A stretch of DNA of 64,000 nt from Phoronis australis. Its lineage: Eukaryota > Animalia > Phoronida. Positions 28,501 through 41,200 of the stretch are shown piece by piece. The DNA lies in contig NMRA01001041.1 of the NCBI GenBank assembly GCA_002633005.1, positions 1-64,000 of the forward strand. The letters run 5' to 3'. Below the pieces are notes generated by a model. That model saw only the letters and a list, made by a program, of their open reading frames with translations. It was not told the origin of the DNA and did no database searches. A program made the translations under genes and the position numbers. Positions within the stretch are counted from its first letter, which is position 1. Every line of letters begins with the position of its first letter.

Positions 28501-29053
28501 GATAAAAATTCCATCTTTTACCAGTTGTTTACATGCAGACAGCCACGCATGCGCAATTCAATCACCACTAGTACAGCAGCGACACCGCGAGGAGAATTCT
28601 CCGAATAGCCCCATTGCCACTTGTGCCTGTTAGAATTTACAAACAGATTTGCTGTCAGTTTCCTAATGTGATGTTTTAAGGTAGTACTTTATAAATGCAT
28701 ATATATTACGGATTACGTCATTTGCTGAAGGGAGATTTAACTAACTTGAAATGACATCAATTTATCTATGACTAAGATCTCAAAGAGAGCTCAGTGGCAC
28801 TGAATAAGATGTTACGCAATAATGGTGGATAGTCTATGGATACCTCTGTTGGTAATGTTGTAAACTACACATCCCTAATGTGTGAGCGCTTGAAAGTCAC
28901 CACAGTCTCCATCACTTGGTGTCTCGTCTTTATTAACTTTGTGATTGGCTGAAGTTCTCACAAGGAAAAGCTATTAAAGTACATCATCCACTGAAAAATC
29001 AGTAGCGCACTTGATTGACTGTTCCTAAAGCTATGCTTATCTGTTTCTTTCAG

Positions 29054-29250
29054 CACACTGAACATTATATAACATCATGGAGGACAACGATGAAGAGGAT
29101 ATCCGGTTGGCTTCTAGTGTTTCCTTCAAGTTTGTCCCATTCAATGTCATCCATGACCTTGCCATGCTGTTAGACCCCCACATGGTGGCTAGTTGCAAGG
29201 ATTGGAGGGGAGTTGCTGATAAACTGGGATACAACGCTCAGGAAATTTGG
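29054..29250 (+). CDS. DEATH-SEFIR coding exon 1 (short 5' UTR part, ATG at 29077)
   Basis: Acceptor tttcag ends at 29053; donor TGG|gtatgt at 29251; encodes the first half of the death domain. Confidence 0.85.
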
Positions 29251-32200
29251 GTATGTTGGTATATGCGTCCTTCTTCGTGTTTTGTTGTGTGTTCTGTCAT
29301 TTGACTAGTCATTACTATACAAATATGTACCGATCCTGAGGGCGATATCTGGTAATATGGACGGAGAGAGAGCAATATTGCCCGAGGACAATAACTGAGG
29401 GAAATATTACAATATTGATCTCTATTATGCACCAATGTTGCTTTCTATTACATGACAGCATTGCTCTCTATTACTGGACAGTATTGCACTGTACTGCATA
29501 CTATTACATGACCACTGATGGTTCTTTCCTAGATTTTTTGCTTCCTATTAGATTTGCTTGGGCTTATCTACTTTGATACACTGACATCTTCTGATCACTT
29601 CGTGGTCAGAGTTTAATGATTTCTACTATGTGTCTGATTGGTCAGGTGATGAACAGCTACAGCTGAAGTTTGGCCAGCATGAATGGAAAGTGATATTCCG
29701 CCCTAAAGTTGTTCAATATTACACTGTATCAGAACTACATTTCAGCCAATCAGAGGACAGAAATATCTGTGATCATGTGATATTGTGAGTTATCCACTGA
29801 TTCTTGTCTTGAAATTGTTGATTGGTTGTCCTGGAGAATCAAAAATTATGTTCGAACAATGAGCTATGTTAGAACAAGTTGCAAGAGATTCCCTCCGGAC
29901 TCCAACTGGATGCTGGGATTTCAGTCGGATCAGTCTTGTAAAGTAATTAGCTCAGCTGTAGGTTAGCTGTTCATCGTTCTCTTCAAGACAGTCACAAATA
30001 GAATGAAAAAAAGCAAACTAGTTAGCACAAGTACATGACTTGTTAAAGGAGAATGCCACCCAATTTAATTAGTCTTTTTTACCGTCTTAATCGGTCTATA
30101 TCCACATCGCCTCGCGTACGGTCGACCTTACCTTGCCAAGAGGTGTCGCGTTAACCTGTGAGGAAGGTGTGAGAAACGACGCTAGTGACATCAGTGGTTC
30201 ATATGCAGACTGAATGCCGCTATGTTGCGGTGCATCATTTTCGCTTATCCGAACTAAGCAGCTGCGAGGAAAGCGGGTATATCGTTTTTTACTTCCTCGA
30301 GAGCCCGAAATGCTTAGGAAGTGGCTCGCGGTAGTGAAGAACGAAATGTACGCTGTAAATAGCAAAGTACAAGGCCGTGAAACATCTCCGTGTCTGTGGC
30401 CTGCAGACGTCAACAGTGCCTGGCGAATGCCGGCTTACCAAATAACTCCATACGTTTTGTTGTCTGAGCTTGTTCACTGCGCCTCTCTAGTATTTCTTCA
30501 TCACTGTATTCCTGTTTCGAATTGATAGCCTGTAAGACTTAACGATCCACCTGCGAAGTCGGGACTGATGAGCTGTAGCTCGTCCTAAGTCTGGATTACG
30601 AGTTGCCATGTTGGCGTTTATTACTGAGCATTCTGTTTCAAAATGAATTATTCTCACCCTAACCAATACTTATATGAAACTTAAACAAAGTCTCTCTCAT
30701 TAGATGCAATTTGTAATGCCTTTGGAGTGTTCGTGAGTGCAAATGATTTGAGAAGCCAGCAATGAATAAATCACTGCGTTACCGGCTTTAGGTGCAATAA
30801 AACTAATTGACGGGACACCAAGGCCCTGTGAGCTCATGCTAATTTAGTGTTTGCTGGCAGAAGCTGTTGTGAAACAACTCGATTTCCATCGCACGGCCAG
30901 GTGTTAGGGTAATCTTTATTTACATTTACATTACTCAAATAATGATTGTCAATGTACAACTTCTGTCCTGACGGTGTTGTGGCCAAAGCGGCACCTGAAT
31001 TCGCGGCCCCGACGAGTAAGTAGATTTGCAGTTTCGTGGCTAATTCACCAACATAATCATGTGCAGATTACTTTGGCTCACTAGTATAGTATTTTATTGA
31101 CTGGAAGTTTAGTTTCCACAGAAGTTTGGCTGGTTTATGTTCATGATGTCTGATCAGTTTCCGAACCACAGGCCGGGATAACGAGTCAATCTGGCCGGCC
31201 GCGACGGGCCTGATCGGGCTCCAAGCCACTGGCCAAGATAACAAGCGCTTTGTGTTTAGAACTCAAAAAATCACAAATCTAAACAACACAGATCTAGGTT
31301 CTCCTGTCTGTATCTCACGGAAAATACTTCGAAATTATCTCCGAACTGACCCCAAACCCCTGCTACGGACCTTATTGGCCTGCCGAACTTTGTAAGCTCT
31401 GGTGTGTCCAAATACCAATAAATCCGTAAGAGCGAAATAAAACAACATGTTTTTATAAGAACTCGGTATATTTTTAAGGTTTTACATTGAAGTTTGATGA
31501 TTTATTGGTTTTAAACGATGACTGCAAGCGATAAGTTGACACCAGTAACCCTTGTTGTAAACTGCTGAACAGACAGCGTGTGAAACTGATGACGTCATTG
31601 GATAATTTCAACACCTTCGTCTGGTGTCAGGTAGCGCAACCGTACGTGTTCTTACGGAGTAGAACTACTCGATCTAAATTGATACAAATTAGATTGTTTT
31701 TTGGGTGGCATGCTCCTTTAACAATAATTGCAGTAAATCTTTGGTGTTTTTTTTTGTTCAAATCTGCATCTCCTATTACAACATACAGCATTGTTTCAAA
31801 TCTGCATATCCTATTACAACATACAGCATTGTTTCAAATCTGCATCTCCTATTACAACATGCAGTATTGTTTCAAATCTGGATCTCCTATTACAACATAC
31901 AGCATTGTTTCAAATCTGCATATCTATTACAACATACAGCATTGTTTCAAATCTGTATCTCCTATTACAACATACAGCATTGTTTCAAATTTGCATCTCC
32001 TATTACAACATACAGCATTGTTTCCATCTGTCTGCTCTGTATGTGTAATGTTGTCTTTGAGTTCAATCACCAAGTATTTCAACAGTGTTAATGACCCAAA
32101 CTCTACAGAGTCTTCAGCTTCACAAAGTGCAAAACCTAGCATGGAGGTGTATGACATATAGCGTAAAAGTAACTTTGTGCCCCATCAGTTGTTGGAAACA

Positions 32201-35200
32201 TTTCAATGGTTGGTCTTTAAAGATGGGGCGATATGTATTTACTGTAAGATTAAATATATTTTGTTTGAAGTACAGAAAGTAATATTTGTTTCATGAAATT
32301 TTTGGACCCGCTCATTTTGCATTCTTACACAAGTCGAATTGACGTAGAGTTGTCCAATCACAAAAGTTAATGTCAAGTCCTGTGATTATCAAATCACTTG
32401 TGAAATCTGGGTAACACTCCTATTTTGGACAAATTTGCATAGAGTTGAAGTTTCTTAATGTTATTTGCGGCTCGTGTCCAGCCTCATCTAATGATGCGTG
32501 GCCCCAGACCACAGATGGCCACCAGAACATGCTTTTTTCTCATGAACAGTTTCCTTATTTGAGTAACGGGGTTCTCATTGGGTGAAGATGTAAACATTGT
32601 TAAACTTGCAAGTTGTGTTTTTTCGTTCCTTGTTTTGCCTTCTGCTAGTTCTCAGAACTGCTACGCCTAACTTTCACTCACTGAGCATGACATAATAATT
32701 TTTACTTAAAATGAATAAAAAATTGTAACAATTATGCAACCATTTTGTCTTGTAAAGCAGACTAGGGTCAGGATTATCAAACGCGATACAAGATTTTAAA
32801 TGTGTATTAAAACCTTTTAAACAAGGCACAGAGCTACTCAAACTTGCCTACATGCTCCTCAAAGATAGCTCATGAATTCCATACGGCTCAGAACTGTTCA
32901 AACATGGTGCAACACGATGGTACAGCACCATGTTTCAATACATGTAGGGAGAATACAGAATTTTATGAGTTCATATGAAAGTCATGCCATTCTAACCCTG
33001 CCAGGTCAGTTGCTATAATTGTTGATTGTGTCACTCAGCCTGAAATTTGTGATGGCGGCCACAATTCAGTATTGTACAAGATACTATTCCGTGAGACCTC
33101 GCTAGACGTCTTCATAGAGCATTCTGGCAAACCAGCTTATTTATTTACTTAGTGAGCATTGTACGCGGCCAGGTTTGCTCTGTTAAATTTCCAATCTGTG
33201 TTCCTAACCATTGTAAACTTTGAAAGTAAAATCTTAAAAGATTTCATTTTTTGTGCGGCACAGCAGGTCTCAGAACCTATATTACCACAATACCCACGAA
33301 CATGGCCAACTTGTGTTGTACCACTTCACTTTTCCCTGCCCAGGTGCCCAGTCGAGCATGTTGGTTGTTAGGTTATGGTGTATCTCATCATACCTTTCAG
33401 GTGTTGGAGTCTCGCACGACCCCAGATGGCAGTAACACTAAGAAGCTGTTAAAAGACTACGTGTCGAAACCCGACAACAGTGTTGGTGAGATGTTGAAAG
33501 CTCTGAGTGCTCTTGAGCGAATCGATGCCTATGAGGTGCTGAAGAAGGCTCTACCTGGTGAGAATTGCCTGAACAATAATCTCGGCAGTAGAACTTGTAA
33601 ACCGACATGTGGATGCCATTGTATAACTGCGCAGAATTAATGCAAAAAATGATGTACATATTTATGTCTGCGAATGATTTACATATTTGTGTCTGTGCCG
33701 ACATAATGCATTTCTTTCATAAAACATGTTTGCTTAGTTTCTTCATATGTTGCAGGTTCATGTGGCGTAGATTCACTTTAAGGCTGCGTTGGACATTCCT
33801 TGAATACATGCGTGTCTAAACTCGTTGTTTTTGTGAGTTTTAATACACCCACAAATAAAGTTGTCACATATATTCAGTATTCTGTCCATCCATCAACTGA
33901 CGTCATCCATCGTTACCTTTGTTGTTAGTTGTTTATCTTCTTCAAAAACTGCTTGGCAGTTGATTTTCTGATGGATCCGTCTTCCTGTTAACAATTTTAG
34001 TTTTGCTCGAGTGTTTTACATGTAAGCAAAAAACAGATTCGGTCGTTGGGTATTAATGCAGTCATGCGTCTGGCAAGGCATAATTCACATTCTTGAACAA
34101 AATGCTGTGCACTTGTGTATGAACATATGATACAAATCCATTCTCGCCCTTGTGTTAGAGCTCTATAGTTACACGATCACGGTAGGCTTATACCCATTCA
34201 AATACAGTAGCCAGCAGCTCTAAAACTATCTTCCTCTTTCAGAAATCCATCAAAAGAAAAAAGATTATGAGCTTTCTCAGAGACAAGTGGGAGAGCCCCA
34301 GCAGAATTCTTGTGACTTCCAGAGTATGGAGCTATGCCCGCCCCAACGAATGATCTTTGAAACAGGTCACGTCTATGAGCTCAAATCTGATTGCTCTGTG
34401 AAGCGGATGAAGTGTGACTCGGGAACATCCCTATTTACTCACCATAACATTGCTCAGCGCACTTTCTCTGGTTGCACAATGAGTGTACGAAATGGTGGTG
34501 TTAACTGCCTCCCGCTGCAGATGGACAGTATTCCAGATCATGGGGACATGAATCGCTCTCTTCAGCAAGTATCAATGGATTTAGACCAGGAAGAGTGTTC
34601 TACTAAAAGTGCTTATGACTGGTCATCTTACCAGCAGGAGGGTGTATTGTTGAATAATGGACTAATGCTTAGACAAAATAGCCAAGAAGCTCGGTTGGGA
34701 AGGCAAAACCTGGCTGTGGCGTCTTTGTCGAATGTGAATTCTTTGAACGATGCCGGTTGCAAGCCTCCATCAGAGGTCACAGGTTTTGATTGGAATGGCC
34801 ATCACCCTGTGCGGTCTGTTACACCAAATTCTCTTCCGACAGATTCATGCCTGTCTGCACCATCTCCCAACCAAATGCGTTCAACATCGTCTGCAGCACA
34901 ACTTCTGCAAGGTTCAAACCTGAATTCAATTATGACAACATCAAAGAGCCAGCCAGCGATTCCTCAAACGAAACAGCACAGCGACACATATCCGATGTCG
35001 AAGGGGAAGCAGCGATCAGAAATCCCCAAGGCGTTGCGGGGGGTACAGGAGGAACGAGCACTTGTTGCTCAGTATCGAGCAATATCAGAGCCAAGAAATC
35101 TATCACCGGCCCCGTTCAATACAGGTCAGTAGCATTAGAGAACATTTCCTCTCGATTTCTTTTTTTACAGTCTTGTTGGAAGTTTAGTAATTCTCCACTT

Positions 35201-38200
35201 ATTTTGCACAAAAATAATTGCCCAAATTGTAATTTTTTCCAATTTTCTAAGACTGGTTTCCTTTTTCCAGATGATAGAAACTTTACTAAATGCAGTTTCA
35301 TGATATCTCCACAGTACAACCATAGTAGACTGCCTAACACTTTCTTAATCTTTACTTTCGTAGATCAATTTGACAAAATTTAATTGTGGTAAATATGTGA
35401 TGAATTATTGTTCCACACACACTGACATTTGGGATAATGTAGTACTCTCACTGTCTAGAACTGACACTGGGATAATGTAGTACTCTCATTGTCTAGAACT
35501 GACACTGGGATAATGTAGTACTCTCATTGTCTAGAACTAACACTGAGATAATGCAGTACTCTCACTGTCTAGAACTGACACTGGGATAATGTAGTACTCT
35601 CATTGTCTAGAACTAACACTTGAGATAATGTAGTACTCTCATTGTCTAGAACTAACACTTGAGATAATTTAGTACTCTCATTGTCTAAAACTGACAGTGG
35701 GATAATGTAGTACTCTCATTGTCTAGAACTAACACTTGAGATAATGTAGTACTCTCATTGTCTAAAACTGACACTGGGATAATGTAGTGCGCTCATTGTC
35801 TGAAACTTGTACTGTGAAGCCCACTTCAATCCACAGTTTTCGAAATATATTTCCAGTTGCCACTTAGAGTTTATAATTACCAGTATTTAATTTTATTCTT
35901 CCTCATTTTAACTATGCAGATATTAATTCGGATACACTTTGTAAATTTGATGGTCTTCAGTTTTATAGTTTCAAGCTTGGACATAATGGTTTGCTTTCTG
36001 GGCTAAATATTTGTGTTTTAATGTATTGTCATTCATTTGTGTAGCAATAATAAAGTACACAGCAACAAAAACGTAACCATGGTTACAATTGACATAAAAG
36101 GAGCTCTAACATGGAAATGATACAAAACAAGCTGAGTAAGTGACTAGGTTCACAAAATTTAACGTGGTACAATTTTACATGGTATGAGAACTTGCATACA
36201 TAGTACCTCTTAATCACCTCCTTGTGGTATTGTTGTTTAACTTGCCAGAGGATACTGATGTGTGGACTGAAGTAGTATCAGGACAGGAGTAGTTATCGCA
36301 CATCTCTTTGCATACCTTATTTAATATGGACATTTTCCTCTGCTGGCACATTCTTCTGTTCACTTTTGGCTTCACAGTGTATTTTTGACACTGAGACATT
36401 TCACATAAACAACCTCTGAAACAAGCCGTGTAGGGATTGGGCTTATCAAACAAAATCTTCAAGGGTATCCCAAACCTTAGTGACCGTCATTCTAACTCAT
36501 ATTTAAAAAACAGGCAATGTCACCTAGCAAAAGTATATATTTTCTAAAAGAAGAACGAATAGAGACTATGACATTATGTTTTTTATTTGTTTTATTTTTA
36601 ATAATATGTTAACATCTTTTTAAATCAAAATTTTGTTTTTAAGAAATGTACATTCACAAGCCCTTGGTAGATTTTAATGAAACCCTTTTTGAATGAAAAA
36701 TTCACAATTTACCTCAAAAAAGGAATGTCTGATTGCTCATTTAGTTTTCTTTCTATGCCTAATTTACTCGCAAAAGATAAGGTATTTTTGTAACATAGCA
36801 GTCATATTTGTCTATTTTATGGAACGCAAAAAGTAGGCACTTAAAAATCCTAACATTGTTTTTTTGAGGTATAGGATAAATATTAAAATTGGAAAGTTTC
36901 AGCAAATTTCACCAAATTGTTTTCTAGAACTCTTGTTTCTAAGTTAAATAGATTTGTCGAAGCCAAGAAAAAGTGGAAAATGTTGCGAGTCTTCAAAATC
37001 TGATGGTTATTGCTTAGTTATTCAGTGAAAACTTGTTTTCGGTCAGTATAACCTATACATGTTTGCTGTTTCAACATGCACCCGCAATGCAATTTCAACT
37101 GAATTTGCATTGTGTAATTAACTTAATTATCACTAAAATGTTTTTATTTTGTGCCTTGTTATCAAGTCAAGCTAGATCAAACCGGGACCAACTATTGACT
37201 TACTAAAAAGTAGGTCAACAGTTCATGGTCATATACACCATGCACCGGGAGTCTGATATGAAACCAAGTACGAATTGGAGAACACAAATTTAGTCGGTAG
37301 TTAATGCGCATCGTAGGCATGGGATCAAAACGGCGAAATGTCAAATTAATCAATTTGGGTGAGGATTTATCTCTTTTCACAACTTGATGTGTTTGTGTCG
37401 CAGAGTCCGGTGCCATGACTCAGACTCTGTGCATTCGTTCTCAATGGTCATATGCATGCAGACGCACAACTGTCTCAGGATCAAAACTACGTTTTGTCTT
37501 CGTTTTCCCCGACATCTTTCTATCGTGTGTACACATCGTTGTCTCAATATTATGGCGACTCAGTAAATAAAAGAAGTGAGGGTACATACAGATCTGCTCT
37601 ATTCCTGGTGGGAGATTGGATTTGAGTGATAGCCCTGTAACCTTTGTCCTCGGATAAGTATTTAAACAATTTCCACGCGATTGTTTGGTTCCAGGGTGGC
37701 TCTGGTAAATTTTTTAATCTCTCTTCACGGTTTATCTTTTGGATTTGATGTTCCCCAAGAATGAAGATAAGGACATCTGTGAAATATTGTAAAAATGGCA
37801 ACTTTTTGTGAGTAAGATTTGAGATATACATAAGTTTCTAAATACGTTAAAGAATTTAGTTTATCCTTATGCTTCAGTTCTATTGAAACTTAGCTGATGC
37901 AGAGGCAGAATTGCAAACAGAAGGCACAACATATTGTAATTAGTTTGCGCAACGGTAAAAATCCTGCCTGGTACAGTCTCAAAAATTTGGAACACTCAAA
38001 TTGGACCCAAAACTGATTTTTCTGATGATTGGAATATGGGTTCTTTTGATGTTTATCATATTTTTATAGTATCGGGCACTGCATTAAAGTGCTCTTATTT
38101 GCAAAAAATTCTTGTAGATTAAAATTGAGTGTCGAGGAAATTGGCACATGTTGTTTCAGTGCCTGTGAAAACTGTGACAGTACTAAATCTGAGAAAATTT

Positions 38201-41200
38201 GAAAATGAAGTTAATCTTGCCAAGTGTTATGCGCTTTCAAGTCCTCATTTTATCCCTTTCCAATCATCTATTTTAGCCCGTCGTGAGACCCGTATCTTCA
38301 TTACATATGCCAACGATGGCCGTCCTCATCTCAACCGCATCCTGTCAGTTGTGAAAAACCTGCGCAAGAATGGATTTGCTGTTTCTTGCGATATGTGTGA
38401 GAAAGAGTTTGTGGACATCAGTGAAGAGTCACGTGACAGCTGGCTCAAGCAGCGATACAATGTGGTGAGTGTTGACGGTTATGTTTATCATGTTACAGAT
38501 TTAAGATGGTTAAGCTGGAAGTTACTAGGTGTAGTCATGAACCAGCAGGTGTCTGTCTGTCTGTCTGTCTGTGCTGTTGACAATAATGCAGTATCTGTGT
38601 ACTTAGCTCAGTCACCATTCTTTGGTAAATCGCATCAACTTCAGTTAGTATTCCAATACATCATGTAAAGCTGTTCAAGCCGGTTTGATTTTTATGTGCC
38701 CACATATGATATATATAATGTGGTCACATATTGTTGTCACTTTGTCCGGTTGTTAGGTTGTCTGGGTGTCTACTCGTTATCTCAAAAACTCCTGATAAAA
38801 TTTGGCGCAATGATGTAGGGCATCACTGGAATGATTTTTGTCACTTTTCGATGTGCCCCACTCCCTCGGGACAGGAATGCGTGGCTTTTTCAGTATTTTT
38901 AGGAAGAGCATTTTTGGATGATATGTAGGTAACTAGTGAAGGTTTGTGGTGGCAATGCAGCTGCACCATTAGATTTTGGAGCAGATTCGACCATGGTAGC
39001 TCCTACTAGTGGCCATTTTGTTCTCGCAAAGGCTTTTCAAATGTTGTTCGGCAAAGACCATTTCCAGATGATATCTAAAGAACCAACTGAGGGATTTCAT
39101 TGAAACTTGACTCATAGATATGTAATGTCAGTGTGCCGGCATCATTTTTAGGTGGATTTGACTAGTGCAGCTCCTCCTAGTGACAATTTTGTTTACAGTA
39201 AGGGACTTTTCAATTGTTGTTTGGGGGAAGGGCATTTCCGGATCAAGAGAACCAGTTGATGAATTTCGACAAAACTTGATGCCCAGATATACAATGTCAA
39301 TAACCCAGCACCATTTAATTTTCACATGGATACGGGAAGTGCATTTCCATATATCTTTAGAACCGATCGATGGATTTTAATGAAACTCGACATAGAGGTA
39401 CGGTATGTGATGTCAGTATGCCATCACCATTAAATGCTGATTTGACTATTGGAGCTCCTCTAGTAGCCATTTTGTTTTCAAAGGCCTTTAATGTGTTGCT
39501 TGGGAGAACAGCAATTCCGAATGATATTTAAAAACGATGACGAATGGCAGTGAAACCTGACAGTCATATGTGATGTCAATGGAAGGGAGCCTTCGTTTTT
39601 TATGCGCCCACATATTTATATGTGGACGCATTATGCCGTCATCTCCGTCCGTCCGTCCGGCGTCCGCTGCTCTATCTCTAAAAGGACATGACTTATCTTC
39701 ATGAAATTTTGCACCTAGTGGCCATTTTTACTTATTTCGAGTCTGTTTTTTGTGTCCACCCCTCTATCAACCAAACCACTCGAAGGATGATTGTGAAAAT
39801 TGGCACTATGTTCTGACTATGAAGTGGACAGCTGACGATGATTTTCCGAGTTCGACTACTGTGGCGCCTCCTAGTGGCAGTTTTGTTTTTTGCGCTCATC
39901 GCTGTATCTCCTAAACCGTATGCAGGATTTTTACTTAATTTAGTAACTGTATTTATATGATGTTGACAACGGACGACGACTTTCATACAGATCTAACTTT
40001 TGGTGTGCCCCCTAGTGGCAATTTTAGTTTTTTATGTTTACCAGTTTGTAACTTCAAAGGTCCTCAACAGATTTTCATAAAATTTTGAATATAGGCATCT
40101 ATTGGTTTGATGACGCTATCATCCTGTTTTTGGATGGAATTGAGGTATTTTGCTCCACCTAGTGGCTATTTTTGCTGTTTTCAAATCTTGTTTTTGGTGT
40201 CCACCCCTTGATCAATCAAATCATTCTGGGGATGGTTTTGAAAATTGGCCTTTATGTTTTCAGTGTGAAGAGGACGTTTGATGATGGCGACTGAGTACTG
40301 TGGCACCTCTTAGTTGTAGTTTTGTTTTGTTTTTCGCCCATAACTGTATCTCCAAAACCCACTGCAGGATATTTATTAAATTTAGTAAGTGAATTTTTGT
40401 GAAGATAACAGACAATGGCTGTCAGGCGGATCAAACGGACGCTGTGCCCTCAAGTGGCGATTTCATTTTGTTCTGTTTTCCTTCATTTCTCTGAAATCCC
40501 TTGACAGATTTTGTGAAATATGGCATGATCCCATTTTTGGGTGGAGTGTACGTTTTTTCGCCATCTAGTGGCCATTTTTATGATACAAATAAATAACCCT
40601 GAAAGCACACCATTTGCGATGCATTCGTGGGCGCATTTCAATGCTCCGCGTTGCTCTTGTGGAATTGATGCTGCACCAATGTTACAAGAATTTTTGTTTG
40701 TAAATGTCCTAGTTTTTGACACCCCCTGATGCAAAAATGGAGCATTTTAAACAACACTTCCAAACTGCATTTTAGGGAGCTGTCCGTAAAGTATAGTATC
40801 CGAAGGTTTCATATCAAAACCAAACATTTTGAACTTTCAACACTTGCCATAGAATGGGTGGCAAAGATGATGTGGTTCTGGAGGTTTAGGTTTGATAGCT
40901 TAGTTAGGGCGCGTTGTATAGCTTCAAACACCATCTGTGTGCTACTGGAAGTCTCCCAATCAACGGGTGTCTTCCGATCATGCCACCCTCATCATTCAGT
41001 GATCTGGTCTTTCGCACCTGGCCACGCCGGTGTCTTGATTAATGAACATGCAGATTACCTCGCTGACTCATGTACCCCCAACCAACCTGTCTGTTTATAC
41101 TCAGCTGATGTTTAGCAGCTGGCTCACCGCCACACCTTCGAGCTGACTTCGTCCCAACTGGCTGAGTTCAATGAAAGCAGCCAACTGCTTGAAGCTGGTA

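Larger units (their letters stand above)
25097..28612. mobile_element. Decayed ISL2EU-type (PIF/Harbinger-related) DNA transposon
   Basis: 13-bp TIR GGGGCTATTCGGA; AT TSD; subterminal ACTAGTGGTGA inverted repeat; convergent THAP and SAP/YqaJ remnants inside. Confidence 0.8.

Noticed and set aside
31580-32161. Repetitive ORFs here and at 50513-50776 and 52586-52962
   Set aside because: They are translations of minisatellites.
35421-35801. CRISPR-like arrays (36-44-bp repeats here and elsewhere)
   Set aside because: Units are head-to-tail with no unique spacers, no cas genes are present, and the context is eukaryotic.
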